Made by a program: the position numbers and the translations under genes | Notes under the pieces: model-generated | What the model saw: the letters and a program-made list of their open reading frames with translations, nothing else | Told to the model about the DNA's origin: nothing | The model's database searches: none | Source: the human T2T-CHM13v2.0 reference genome, Homo sapiens | Assembly: GCF_009914755.1 (NCBI RefSeq) | Contig: NC_060926.1 | DNA: 64,000 nt | Strand: one strand, 5' to 3' | Shown: positions 42,310 to 55,695 of the stretch, one piece after another | Layout: the number at the start of each line of letters is the position of its first letter | Position numbering within the stretch: the first letter of the stretch is position 1

Positions 42310-44129
42310 ACTAATAAATCAAATACAAATGAAAGAGAATCTAAGGTATCACAGCTGTTGCTTTATGGGCACACAGTGTACTGCCTCCCAAACCCTTTTG
42401 CACCCTGCCACAATCCAGAAGGTTGGATGGGCAGAAGCACCAGTGATAGCTTAGATGTGGATATCTGACACATGTATACAGCCCTGTGCACTCATTTGTG
42501 GGAATCAGTGTGGAACATGTACATAGGACTTTTTCATGACAGAAAATTCAGACCCTGTGGAATAGGAATAAAGCCAAGTATGGGATTATGTAACTTCACC
42601 GAACCACATTTGTGCGGAGCCACACAGCATCCCAGCCACACCTTCCTGGGGAAGCACTTCCACCACTCTTTGTCTACTGAGGAAAAGTGGGGCAAAACAC
42701 CTGCAGCTTCTTCCCTCTGATGGAAGAAAGAGTCCCTAAGGAGAGTGCCCTGTCTGTCCATCACACCCACACCCAGCCAAAGGGACTCTGCACATGCCCA
42801 CATCCAGGTGAGAGACCTGGCTGGGAGGAGAGTGGGGAGGGGTCCGGCAGGGATGATCCTTCCTTGCCTCCTACAGTGTCCTCCAGTACCTTCAAGCTGT
42901 CCTCCAGGGAACCTTCAAGCTGGAAATGTGACTCTTGAATGATGTACTGTTTACTTTTCCTGATACCTGAAGGCTCAAGATCAAACAAATAATTCAGCTG
43001 AGCTGCTGCTTTGTGTGGGGAAAGAAAAATACCCCAAGGCCATTTCCCGTGTGGCCTTTTGGATTCAGGATGGTGCCCTTTGGGAGAGCCCTTTCCATAA
43101 AGGCCCTCTGTGAAGGTGTGTGCATTTCACTGAGATGTTTCCAAGAAGAGCAAAGATGCCATTTCAACCAAAGCAAATATTTGAAGTTGGCAGCCAAATT
43201 CTAATTCCAGCCCTGAGCCTCAGGGATGTCAGCATCATGAACATGAACCAAGGCAAAGCTGAATTTCTTGTTTAAGTCAAGCTTTTAACCCTCTATGGTA
43301 TCTGCCTCTGGTCTGAACAAAAGAATCTTAAGTATGAAAACAGAGATTGTCTTTGCCCCTAGATAAAAACATCTTCTGGGATGGCTTCTGGGAGGCTCTG
43401 GGATGCAGTCTCTAAACCTGGTAACAAAGAATTCACAGGAAATGCCCCTATTTTTCCATTATTAAGAACTTTAAATGGCAGTGGTCAAATCCTCTAGGGT
43501 CATTCCAAGCAGAGGGTTGTCACTCCAGCAAATCTTATAATGGACCTTTCATTTCCTACAAGGTCTAAACAACTCTCTGTCTCCTCTCATATATTTGCCT
43601 TCATCCCCAACTACCTTTCCCTTTGCTCAGAGAAGCAGGTGTCTCTTCTCCAGTCCAAAGCTGGTGTCTCCTCCCCATAACCCCACTATGGTCTAGGTCC
43701 TCTTCCTTCCTCCTGAAACCTTGGTGCTGTTGCCATCCTTACCTCCAAGTATCTACACAGCAGATGCCAATTCCCCATGCCTGAAGTGGAGCTTCAGTAC
43801 ATCATGCTCTATTGAGGAATACTTTGAAGGCAAATTGAGTGGGTGATATACTGAACGCACCTGAATTTGACATGGTCTGGACTTAACAACAAGTGATAAG
43901 TCACCACTGGGCATTGTGAAAGACATTTTCTCTGCTCCATCTAATAAAAGCTGAAGACCTGAAACACCTGTCCAGAATTTCTTTAATGATATCCAACTAT
44001 CAACATGGAAGCCATCCAGAATATGAAGAGAAATATTAGAAATCTGTGTGGAAAAGAGAAGCAAACATGGAGACACCTCTCCCAGCGTGCATAGTCCATT
44101 TGTGACCACTCTATAATATGTGCTGGTCG

Positions 44130-44446
<317 letters not shown>

Positions 44447-45185
44447 TGTGCTGGTCTTTTCCATCTTTAAAACACTGTCTCTACCTAATACCTCTAGCTG
44501 CTGTCTTTTCTTGCATGTTACTTTCATAGACAAGCCTCTAAAAACAATTGCTAAAGTTTGGTATGTCCACTTCCTCACCTCACATTTGTTCATTAGCTCC
44601 CCTCATCTGTTAGACTCCCCTCATCTGTTAGACTCCTCTCACCAAGTCGTCAATAGCTTTGGAATTTCCAAATCCGTGAACATTTCAGATCTCTCATTCT
44701 TCCATATCATTTGAAGCTGTTGATCCCCCTCTCCTGGAAACTCTCCTCTTCCGCATCCCAGTCTCCCATTTCCTCCTGCCTTTCTGCACATCCCCTTCCC
44801 TGTTGACTTCACTGGGTTCTCTCCTTCCTTCCCTGAGGTCAGTGTTGTGCCCTAGTACTGCCACTCTCGGAAGCAATCTGGCACATGCCTGGCATCCTGA
44901 TAGCTGACTTAAAATCCTAGGTCCATGACTTATAGCTGTGTGACCTTGGGCAAATTACTTACCATCTCTGTGCCTAGGTTTACTCAGCTGTAAAATAGGT
45001 AAAACAATAGTAGTCCTTCCTAACAATGGTTGTTGAGAGGATTAATACACGTAAAGTGTTTAGAACATACAGTACACACTCAATAAACATTAGCTATTAT
45101 AATTCCTCTTCCCATACTCCATAACCCTCCGTAACCAACTGATCCATGCCATGACTTCACTACCTTTGGTTAAAGTTTGTTTGTG

Positions 45186-45487
45186 GGCCGGGCACCGTAG
45201 CTCATGCCTGTAATTCTGGCACTTTGGGGGACTGAGGCAGGAGGATCACTTGAGGCCAGAAGTTCAAAACCAGCCTGGTCAACATAGTGAGACCCTGCTC
45301 TACAAAAAGTTTTACAAATTAGCTGGACATAGTGGCATATAACTGTAGTCCCAGCTACTCAGGAGGCTGAATCAGGAGGATCACCTGAGCCCAGGGGTTC
45401 AAGTTCAAGACTGCAGTGAGCTATGATTGTGCTGCTGCATGCCAGCGTGGTCACAAAGTGAGACTCTGTCTCTTAAAAAAAAAAAAA
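45186..45487 (+). mobile_element. AluJ-type
   Basis: Alu dimer with A tail, inserted in an L2 remnant. Confidence 0.88.
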
Positions 45488-48400
45488 GTTAGCTTTCTTG
45501 TAAATCTTGAAGACTTTTCTCGGGAATGTCAAACCTAGAAAACATCTGCCCACTAGCCATCTCTTCCTAACTATCTTAATATTTCAAACTCAACATATCT
45601 GAAACTGAGTTCATCATCCTTCCTATAAATGCTGCTCCCTCCTCCCTGTCCCTTCTCTCTCCTAATGAATAGCCCCACTATCCTTCCCACTGGATGCCAG
45701 GCCAAAATGTCAGAATCATCCTAGACTCCTGCCCCTCCCTTACTCCCCTGTTCAATCAGTCACCAAATCATGCCAACTTTATTGCCAAAGGCTTTCTTGA
45801 GTCTGCCCAATTCTCTACCCTAATTACCAGTGTCTTATTAGAATCTCATTATTTCTCACCTAGATGATAGTAAGTCACAACAATATTAAAAATAATACTG
45901 GCCACTAGTATGACTTGCCAATTACAAATAAACCACTGTAGTAGACATTTCCCATACTTCATTGTATGTAACCCTGTCTACCATGCATACCATCCATAAG
46001 GGAGGAAGTAGAGTCCACTGTTTTCAGATAAGACAGAGGCTCAGAGACATTTGCTAAACAGCCCAAGTTACAGGGAGTGTGGCTGGGAAGGAGGCTGAGA
46101 TGTATCTGACTCCAAATCTCAGGCTTTTTCATCCCCTAAACTGCAATAACATGCTAACTGGTCTTTTTGCCACCTATCTTATTCTTCTCCAATATTTACT
46201 CTATTGCCAGAACAGTATTAGAACAAAACTTTGACCCAGTCTCTCCTCTGTGTGAAATCCTGCAGTAGCTCCCCACTATCTTCAAAGTAAAATTCCAATT
46301 CTCTAACAAATCCAGATGTGATTACCTTGCCCCTTCACAGGCTGACTTCCTTTGTCCCCAGCCATGCCTATCTGCCTTCCCTTCTTGAAGCAGCCCTGGT
46401 TTGCTCACCTGGACATGCTGGACTTCTCACCGGCCCATCTGCCTAGGCTCCACTTCTCCTCTCATCAGCCTGGATGCTCCATCTCAGCCTCTTTGATGCA
46501 TGTTGTCTTGGACTCACCTGCTCTCCAAGCTGAGTTTAGGTGTCCCTCCTGTGGGTGCACATAGCACCCTGTGATTGCCTCTAGTGTGGTACTTTAGGGT
46601 AGTACAACATTCATTGATTGAGCATCTGCCATAGGCCAGTTTACAGTAGGCTCTGGTGATTTGGGAATCAACAAGACATATGTCCTGATTTCAGAGAACT
46701 TACTGTAATGAGAGATGGACAGCAAAACATTGCATTACTATCTCTGATTTCCTCATCTGTCTCCACACTGGATTGCTGAGCTCCTTGGGCACAAAGAGTA
46801 TCTTGTTCATCCCTGTTTCCAGAGCCTGGAACTGTGCCTGGCACATGAAGGTGTCAATAAGTGTTGGCAGCTTGAGCTGAGCAGACACACCAAGGCCACC
46901 AAGCTGTCTCTGCGAGCACATTAGCACACCCACAGGAACACTTTTACTTTCATGTGTGTCTTTTTCAGACTAAATGTCCAGTCATTGTCTTCTGAAGTTC
47001 CACAAGATCCTACAGTGCACCCTGCTTTTGACATGCAGCAGGGTCTAACACTGGAGAATGTCCAGGCCAACCATTCCTGCCCTGTGTGACTGACCCACTA
47101 GGAGATTAAAGGACCGAGGTCTCATAGCAAGTAAATGGCATTGCTGACTCTCCTCCAGTGCTCATTTCGCCCACTCTCAGGTTCATAGCGACATCTCAGT
47201 GCAGCAAAGAAGGATGCCACTGTCAGAGGTTGCTTGGCCAAGTGGCACTCAGGATGGGGGAACTCAGGAAAGAAATGCTTCTTCCAGTAACAGGCCCTAC
47301 CCGTCTCCTCCCATGGGCTGCTATGGCCTGTCTTGTCTTGACAAGATGAGTGTGTTTGTGGAGGTGCCCAGAGAAAGACAGCTTTAGGCAGCCCTTTTGA
47401 TCAAAGTCCCCTTGCAGAAACAAGATCCCCTGAAGTCTGCTCCCTGCAGCTACCACCAGCCCCATCTGAATGACAAGGGCAGGAGGGGGCAAGGCAAAAG
47501 GGGAGAGGCTTAAATTACAGCAGGTGTTTTGTAAAGTCTTCTTTTCCTTGCAAGTTTATGGTTGCTTCTCTACTAAGCAGCATTTCCCCCTCCTCTCACC
47601 ATGGAGGGCAAAGTGCAGGCTGCCTTGGTGATCAAAGAGGGGGCAAGAGGAGGAAGAGAGTTTTTGAACCCCAGAACAAAGAGCATCTCACTGCCCCCAG
47701 GCACAGCCTCAGATGCCAGGCTGGGGAGAAGGAAAGGGGGAAAAGCGGGGAGGAAATGGCCATTCCTATCCCAACCACAGCGGCCCACTCTTTCACCTTC
47801 TTTTTCGAAAGCAGATTTTCTAAAAGTATCTTTGATGATAACAGCTCTCTGGAGACTATCTGGAGCGGGATAAAGGGCTCAGAGTTTGGTGCCCTGGACC
47901 TGATCCTGGCTCTGCCTTTTAGTTGTGGGTGTGACCCTGATTCCTCCTCTAATACAGACCTCAGAGGGTGTTTGTCAGGATCCATGCAATTAAGTCAGCT
48001 AAAGCCCCTAACACAGGTGCCTGGCACCCACCCCAGGTTATAATTGATCTCTAGGAACCACTCCTGGGACCACTTCCCTGGAGGAAGGATGGTCCCCAGA
48101 AGAGAGGATTCTTCTCCCTGTCTCCAGTCCCTGATCCCTGGCTGGATTGAGTCTTCTTCTCTACTCATATCTTCTCTGTCATGGCACTAATCCACCACAC
48201 TGTGTTGTCTGTTTTCTTTTCTATCTCTTCCTTCAGACCATGAGCATCTTGAGGTCCAGGAATGGGACTTCCATGCTAGAGCATTCATTCACTCATCTAT
48301 CACTTACTAAGTGCCTCCTATGTGCCAGGGGGTCACTAAGTGGTGAATAAATGAGTAAAGCCTGGGGATGACCTATAGAAGGACCTACATCAATTGTCTA

Positions 48401-48587
48401 ATCAATAAGCATATGCACCCATCCTCTGTGGGGAGCTCAGTGCAATCAGCACATGCAAATGGCTTTGGGCTCAAAGAAAGACTGCAAATGGGAATGCAAT
48501 TCCCAGGAAATGTGTGAATCCTAATAGCTGTTGACCTGCTGGATCACAGGCTGGATTTTATGTGAAACAGACTTTAGCATCAAAACT

Positions 48588-48590
<3 letters not shown>

Positions 48591-48642
<52 letters not shown>
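48591..48642. repeat. (TC)n microsatellite (~26 units)
   Basis: Directly visible perfect run. Confidence 0.97.
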
Positions 48643-48644
<2 letters not shown>

Positions 48645-49963
48645 CCCCATCTCCCCTTCTTTCCCTCTGTTTCTCCATCCCTTTCTAAGTCTGGAGAAAT
48701 TTAGCAATTGCTTAGCAATTCATACAGACTTTTGGATGCTCTAAAGGTAAAACCTAGACTCTGGAGGGGCCACTCACATAGCTCATCAGCTAGGACTTTG
48801 AAAAGAAAACAAAACAACTACCCACAACCTCCCAGCTCAGCTTTGTTTTTGATTGTGATTTCTTTGCTTACTAGAGACAGTGTCTCTCCCTGACCCGTGG
48901 GCTCTGGTTCCACTGCCCCAGGAGGAAACAAGGCCAGCAGAGATAAGAGGCAGAGCCCCTATTCAAAGAGCTCAGCACACCTGAGCTTTAAATGCCCACT
49001 CCATTGTCTCAAAACAGTACAGAGACAGACTCCTGCACTGGTAAAATGTCAAAGTCACCTCCCCAGGCCCATCTCTGCCCTCCAGTCCCCACCATATGCC
49101 TACATGTCTTCCAGGCCCTTTCTTGACTCTTACACATGCTGTTTCCTATCTGTAATGCTCTTTAATCACCAGTCCCTTCAAACCCGCCAAGCTCCCGCTT
49201 ACACGTTAAGGCCAAGCTCAAACATCCTCTTCTCTCTGATGCCTTTCCTAACTCTTCTAGCAGAGATGGTGCTGGTTCCTTTGAGCTCCCAGTTCTCTGC
49301 TCAGATCTCTTATTCTATTTAACACATTCTGATGATCTATTCACACGTCCCTCATATGTCATGGACTGCAATCTTAATGGTACAAACCAGGTCTTCATCT
49401 TTGTGTCTCTGGCACCTGCACAGAGCTACGTATTGCACGTGTATTCCAAGTCCACACTAATACCTCAAGGTTCTGCCACCACTCTAGTCTGAATCCAAAT
49501 GCCCTTTACAGCACTAAACAGGGTTTCACACAGAGTCAAACAACAGAGTGCATTTCACAGAGAATACAGCTCAAGACGTAAATGGGGCAAAGTGTATCTC
49601 CCTAGAACTAGAGACACAAAGCAGGGGCCAGCTTCATTAGAAAGTCTGCTGCAGGTCACTTAAGAGGTGCTACCCAAAGTGGCAGCCAACGAAGTGTGAC
49701 ATCAGAGGCCTCAAGACCTGGCACCAAGCCTGACATCCCCCTAACCTTTCTACCCTGGGCTAGTTTATCTTCTGTGCCAAGCTATAAAAGCCTCAGTATA
49801 AATACAAGTGATGCCCAAAGATCTTGGGTCTAACTTTTATTCAAGGCATTAATATCCTACAGGAATTTGTCTCTCAGGTCAGCCAGCTAGTGACCTAGGA
49901 GAGGGGATAATGCCAGGAGACAGTACGAGTCTGGTGTGGGAAAGGGAAGGCAGTGCTATAGGG

Positions 49964-50248
49964 CAGCGGTTCCCAACCTTTTTGGTTCCAGGGACCAGTT
50001 TCCTAGAAGACAATTTTTCCACGGATAGGGGGAGATGGTTTCAGGATGAAACTGTTCCACCTCAGATCACCAAACATTAGATTCTCATAAGGAGTGCACA
50101 AACTAGATCCTTCACCCATGCGGCTTGCAATAGGGTTCATGCTCCTATGAGAATCTAATGCAGCCGCTGATCTGACAGGAGGCGGAGCTCAGGCGATGAC
50201 CCTGTTCCTAACAGGCCAGGGACCAGCCAAGGGGTTTGAGGACCTCAC
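49964..50248 (+). mobile_element. MER1 (MER1B-like) hAT DNA transposon
   Basis: CAGCGGTTCCCAACCTTTTTGG...GAAGACAATTTTTCCACGG...GAGAATCTAATGCAGCCGCTGATCTGACAGGAGGCGGAGCTCAGG. Confidence 0.88.
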
Positions 50249-52406
50249 CATGGGGATCTGAAGAGTCTTGGATGTCAATGGATAGGAGAGTTCTCACCCT
50301 ACTCCACCCTCAAAAGCAGCACTTACTAGAATGTTTCCCTGGCCCCTAAAAAACCCACAAGGCTTTACACATGCCAGGTTAGGTGACCTCACCCCACTGA
50401 AGTTTTGGAGACAACCTGCCAAAACAAGCAAACTCAGGGGGATTACAGCTGTGCAGGACAGCTGTGGAGGAAGCCAGAGTACACAAATGTGCAGGTATTT
50501 GTGTAAGGCAGTCTAGCCCACAGAGCAAGTGGCCCAGCGACTAGCAAGTGGGCTCGGTTTTCAAAGCCAAGGCTGCATTAGAAGCAATAGAAGATTCCAA
50601 GTTAGTTTAGTGATCAGTTGTAACCAAGTATCCAGTGTCAAACACAACTTACCCAGAGGGTAAGTGAGTGGCTCCAAATCTGCTTCTCCAACACCCCATA
50701 TGGGTCATTAAATTCCCTTAGCCAGTTTTACCTTCAATAGATAAATGAGCCTTACAATACATGGAGAGAAGGTGTACTTTGCATCTGATCAAGTATAATG
50801 TGGGACACTCAGCTGGTGGCATTTATTCATCCATCCCTCATTCATCAATTGGTTTCACCAATATTTATATGCTAGGTGCACACTGCAAAAGGCACATGCA
50901 CAGTAAAGACAAAGCTGGAGTCACAGAGTTTTCGACCCCAAGTCTGCACCTCTCTCCTCCAGGCAGGTGTGTGTTGACTCCATCCCCCCATCCCAAAAAA
51001 GTTAATCCTCTTCTAGCCCTGACTATGTACATAGGCTCAATTTAGCATCAAGATCAGTGGTGCTAGGAACTAACCCCAATGTCCTGCCCCTCTGTGGCTG
51101 GGGGCAGGGCCAGGAGGCAAGGAAAGGAGCAAGAGTTGTAAAAATAATGGCATAGTCTTAAATCACAAGCATGATGCAGGTGGAAAACCCAATGGACTTA
51201 GGCTCTCATTAATGCACTTAGCAAACCTTATCTCACATTAACTGAGCACTTATTATATGCCAAGCACTGGGCTAAGCCCTTTACCCGCATAGTGTAAAGA
51301 GTATGTGTTTTGAAATCCAGATGTGTGCGTGAATCTTGGCCCTACCGCTCATTAGCTCCATGACTCTGGGCAAAGTGCTTAGCCTCTCTGTGCCTCTGTT
51401 TCTTTGTCTGGAAAAAAGGGCAATACCAGTAGTAACTGTAAAGGACATTATAGGTTTTAAATGAGTAAAAATGTATAAAATGCTAAACTTGAACCATGTC
51501 CTGGAATTAGGTAGGCACTCAGTATTAAGATGAATGATTATTATTCCATTAGTTAGTCATACTAGTCTGCAGAGAAGGTACGCTATTTCTTCTTACCAAG
51601 AAGACTTTGAGAGACTGATTCAACTTGACCAAGGTCAAGTAATTAACTTTTAACAGAGTTAATAAGCGGCAGAACTGAGATTTGAACGCAAGAAGCCTGA
51701 CGCCAAAGCCTGAAACCATCACTGTGAGCATCGACGGCACTAAGCTAGATTCTAAGTATGTAAGACCAGGGGAGAGATAAACAAAATACTGCAAGAGATA
51801 CATATTTATTTTTTAAAAAAAAGGAGGGGAGAGGGGAGGCTGAGGCTGAGGCTGAGGCTTTCCCCCAACCTGGGGCAGGGCAGGGAGCAACAAAATGGTC
51901 TGTAGGAACTGAAGAATGATGCTTCACCCAAAAGGAGACTTAACTTCTAGTCTCAAAGATTGATTGCCAGCCAAGGAGGAAGAAGGGCATTCCAAAAAGT
52001 CAGGACCTAGAATACCAAAAGAATAGTGGGTTGGGGGAATGTCAGGAACATTGACGAAGTGGCATAAGGTGAGGCCAGTTGTGAAGAGCCATGTGTACAA
52101 GGTCGGGGGTTACATTTTATTCTGTAAAGACAGTGATTTTCAAACTTTAACATGCAGAGGAATTACCTTCAGTGCTTGTAAAACACCTGCAGATTCCCAA
52201 TTCCCATCCCTTCTGCTAGCAATAGGGGACCAACAAGGGTGCTAAGGCAATATAGCCGCATGACCTGCTGTGGATTTGGCAACAGAATTCTGGCACTGGA
52301 ATGGAGGGAAAGACTGGGACAGAGACTGGTATAATCAGCCAAACTAGAGCAGATAAAAGGATGAGAGCTGGAAATAATGGCACTCTTCATGAAGTGAAAC
52401 ATTAAA

Positions 52407-52645
52407 CCTGGGCTTCTCAACCTCAGCACTATTAACATTTTAGGCTAGATAATTCTTAAATCTTGGAAGCGGAGTGGGGGAGGGGGGAGATGTCTTGTGC
52501 AATACAGGATGTGGCAGCATCCCTGGCCTCTACCCACCAGATGAATAAGATCCTCTTCTACTTACATGATGACAGCCAAATATGTCTCCAGACATTGCTG
52601 GATGTCACTTGGGAAGTAAAATCAAAATTCCGTTGAAAACCATTA
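52407..52645 (+). mobile_element. MER20 DNA transposon
   Basis: ttctcaacctcagcactattaacattttagg...gcagcatccctggcctctacccaccagatg...tgtctccagacattgc. Confidence 0.82.
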
Positions 52646-53004
52646 CTTTAAGCCCTAGCATCCCTGCTTTACAGATGAGGAAATCCAGCTACAGAAAGGT
52701 ACAGGAAGGCCCCAGCCAGGATTCAAGCTGGTGGTCTCACTCCAGGGCCCGGGCTCTTAGCCACTGCGCTTGACTGCCTTTATGGAAAGGAGATTCAAGC
52801 CAGCCTTCTGAACAGTATTACACATTTCGTGACAGACTGGATGACAAGAAGGGGATGAATTAATAAGATTCAAAGGTGAAACCTCAGTGCTTGCCGCTGA
52901 ACTCAGAGGACAGTAGATAATAAGTAGTTTGGGTTTGAATATAATCAAGGTGTATTAGGTCAAAACGGAAAAAGCCTGGTCCCTTGTACTATGAGAAAGG
53001 AGGT

Positions 53005-53033
53005 GGGGGGGGGGGGGGGGGGGAGTTGGGGGG
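53005..53033 (+). repeat. Poly-G tract (G19 + G6), G-quadruplex-capable
   Basis: G at 53005-53023, then AGTT, then G at 53028-53033. Confidence 0.9.
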
Positions 53034-53299
53034 ACGGTTCTTGCTCAGACTAAAAAGAAGAATCTTCTGTAGGGCTGGACTTGAAGTGTATGTGTGGTAT
53101 AGACCAGCTAGGACCCAAATCCTGGCTGGGCCCTTTCCTAGCTAGCTGTGTGGCCCCATCTCATTTTGCCCGTTTGTAAAATAGGGGTAAGAGTCCCTAC
53201 ACACAGGCTTGTTATGAGAACTCAGGCAGTTAATAAGAACAACATGGCAAGCCAGCACGATGTGGTTGGCACTCCTCTCCTTCCAGGACATCCTCATTT

Positions 53300-54620
53300 C
53301 CTCCATGTCCCAACGCGCTCCGTACTGCGTGCCAACACCTCCCCTTACCCCTCAATAGTAGGGGTGGGGACCCCCACGCAGACCTCCCAGATAGAGCAGC
53401 GTGGACTGTCTGCGCGCCCCTCTCCAAAAGCAAAGCGTCCCACTGGGACTTTAGGGGGCGCCAACAGCCTTTCACTCCCTGATGCACTCGGCTTTCGGGG
53501 TCCTGGGGGTCGCCAAATGCGCGCGGCGAGTTGGCTGCCTCCGAAACAAACCAGGTAAATAGTCCACGGTGCAGCACGTACATTTCTGGCAGGTCCGCCC
53601 CGCGCAGGCTTGGGATAGAAGCCAGTCAGGCTCAGCCCAGCTCCCAGAGGCACAGGAGAGAAGCGCTAGATTTGGGAACGACCTGCTTTCCGAAGCTGGG
53701 CTGCAGAGGCAGGGAGTTGAGAGTTGTTCTATCCAGAAAGAAGCAGGGGGGGCGAGAGAAGAAACAGGAAAGTGGGAGGAAGAGGAGGCAAAAAAGAAAG
53801 CGCTGGGAAGCAGAGTTCCCTGTGGGACCCAGCCTACAACACCTGGGCAGGGACTTGGGAACAAAGCAGCTGCTTCAGGTCAGAAGTGCTCTGGGTGTTT
53901 CCGAAAAGAGGGCGCTTCGGAGAAGCCGGAGCCCGCTGGGGATGCCGGGCGCCCCAGAGTTCAGGGAGCGCTCTCGGGCACCTCTTACCTTTGCTGGGGC
54001 CCCGGCGCGCACTTCCGGGGACTGCGCTTGGGGCGCGCGGGGCCGAGCAGGGGGACCCGGAGCTGATCACTGAGGGGCGGACACGACAAAGCGCTGCCCG
54101 GGTCTTGGGCCGGCACCAGTACCTCGGAAAGGAATCCCGGCGGAGGGGCCGCCGCGGTCAGGGCTGGCCTGGGGATGTGGGGTCCCGGCCTGGGTGCTCA
54201 CGGACGGCGGCGCCAAGCCCCGCAGAAGCTGCAGGAGCCCGAGTCAGTGGGAGGAAAAGGTTGTCTCATTTCCTTCGATCTCCCCCCTCCTCCACCCGCT
54301 TGGCTCCGGACCTGCCCTCCCTCTCCCCCGCCCCCTTCTGCAAGCCAGCGGCCCATGTGGGCGCCCGCAAGACGCGAAACCTGAACGGCTGCGGCGTGCG
54401 GCACCTCCCTCCGCGCCAAGTTAGTTCACGCTCCCAACTCCTGCCTGCCTCCCCGCGCTGCCGACTGTCTGCAGGACCGGGGAGGTTCCCCATCGGCAGT
54501 CCCCAACCTATCCCGGTCCTCCAGGCTTTCCCCCTGCTGGGACGAGCCCAGATTTGAAAGCAGACCTCCAAGCCCCTGCCAGCATCCATCCTCTCATTCC
54601 TGTCCCGTCGCCTGCTTTGA
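53300..54620. promoter_or_regulatory. EVA1A: CpG island / EVA1A promoter
   Basis: The only CpG-dense, GC-rich non-repeat stretch in the window. It contains an ETS consensus ACTTCCGG (54011-54018), a GC box GGGGCGG (54074-54080) and a minus-strand consensus donor. Confidence 0.9.
53989..54240 (-). other. EVA1A: EVA1A non-coding first exon (5' end approximate)
   Basis: Near-consensus donor CAAAG|GTAAGA (GT at 53988-53987) inside the CpG island on the EVA1A strand. A weaker alternative donor GAG|GTACTG lies at 54122-54121. Confidence 0.75.
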
Positions 54621-55304
54621 GCCTGTATTCAGCTACTCAACTCAGACAGGAAATAACCACTTACTTTGTTAAATTTGATCAACTTTTTTTTTTTTTTTTT
54701 CTGAGTGGGAAGTTAAAGCCTGATGCATAATCTCGAAGGAATGTTCATTTTTATCGGAAGAAATGCAGCTGAGGCCTCTGTTTGGCCTTTCTCTTTCAGG
54801 GTTGGGGTTTTGTTTGTTAAAATCAACAAGTATTTTATTGAGAGTGATGGGCGCTCAGCTGGGGGCTGGAAACGCAGAAACAACCAGAGGGACACCCTGT
54901 TCCTATACAATCGTCATAGGGGAAGAGTGCAGGGAGAGAACAGGTCCCGGGTTGCGGTGGTCTCTTAAGAGATGGGTCACGGAGTGAAAGAGCCTTCTAC
55001 AGAATCAAAATAAAAGCTTGGACAGAGGGAAGACGGAATAAGAAAGCCTTCAGGAGGCGGTCTAGCAAAGAGCACAGCCAGGGCAGTGAGTGATGGTGGG
55101 GAACAGGGAGGAAAATATTGTGCCAGTCCGTTAGGAAAGGAGAGGAGCTCCTAGAAGCAGTGTGATGGAACTGACAAGATCTGATGACCAAGGGCTTGAA
55201 AGGGAGAAGATGAGGAGAGGATGAAGGAGAGAGGTGACTCCCAGGCCTCTGGCTAGAGTAGCCAGTGACCACGTGGATGACTAGAATCCCAGAGTGCCTT
55301 CTGG

Positions 55305-55695
55305 AGCTGCTACTCCAAGTGTGGTCCAGAGACTGGCAGTACTAACACCACATGGAAGCTTTATGGAAATGAAAACCCTCGGGCCGCACTTGAACCACTG
55401 GATTAGTATCTGCAGCTTAACAAGATCCCTAGATGATTCAAATGTGCATTAGAATTTGGAAGCACTGGCTGCTAGACCACTGACTGTATATTATGCTGTA
55501 TATTGGACTGATTGTATATTAGACTATGGAGCCCTGGGTGTCTATTAGAAACACCTGGGGAGCTTTAAAAACCAATAGGTGGCCCCAGCTCCACCCTCAC
55601 AAATATTTCTGTAATTGTCTGGGGTGGAGCTCCCACATCAGTTTTTTTTCAGATGCTCTCAAGATGATCTCATACAGCCAGAGATGAGAGCCACT
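55305..55695. mobile_element. Two adjacent MER5-family DNA transposon copies
   Basis: gctactccaagtgtggtcc...ttaacaagatccctagatgattc...tttggaagcactg, then tattagaaacacctggggagcttt...gagagccactg. Confidence 0.65.

Noticed and set aside
47558-48043. 161-aa plus-strand ORF
   Set aside because: No recognisable homology or splice context; it partly overlaps MIR-like sequence, and the length is within chance expectation for 64 kb.
53531-54557. Long overlapping ORFs (180, 165 and 277 aa on +, several on -) across the CpG island
   Set aside because: GC-rich DNA is stop-poor; the peptides are Arg/Gly/Pro/Ala low-complexity in several frames at once, with no recognisable domain.
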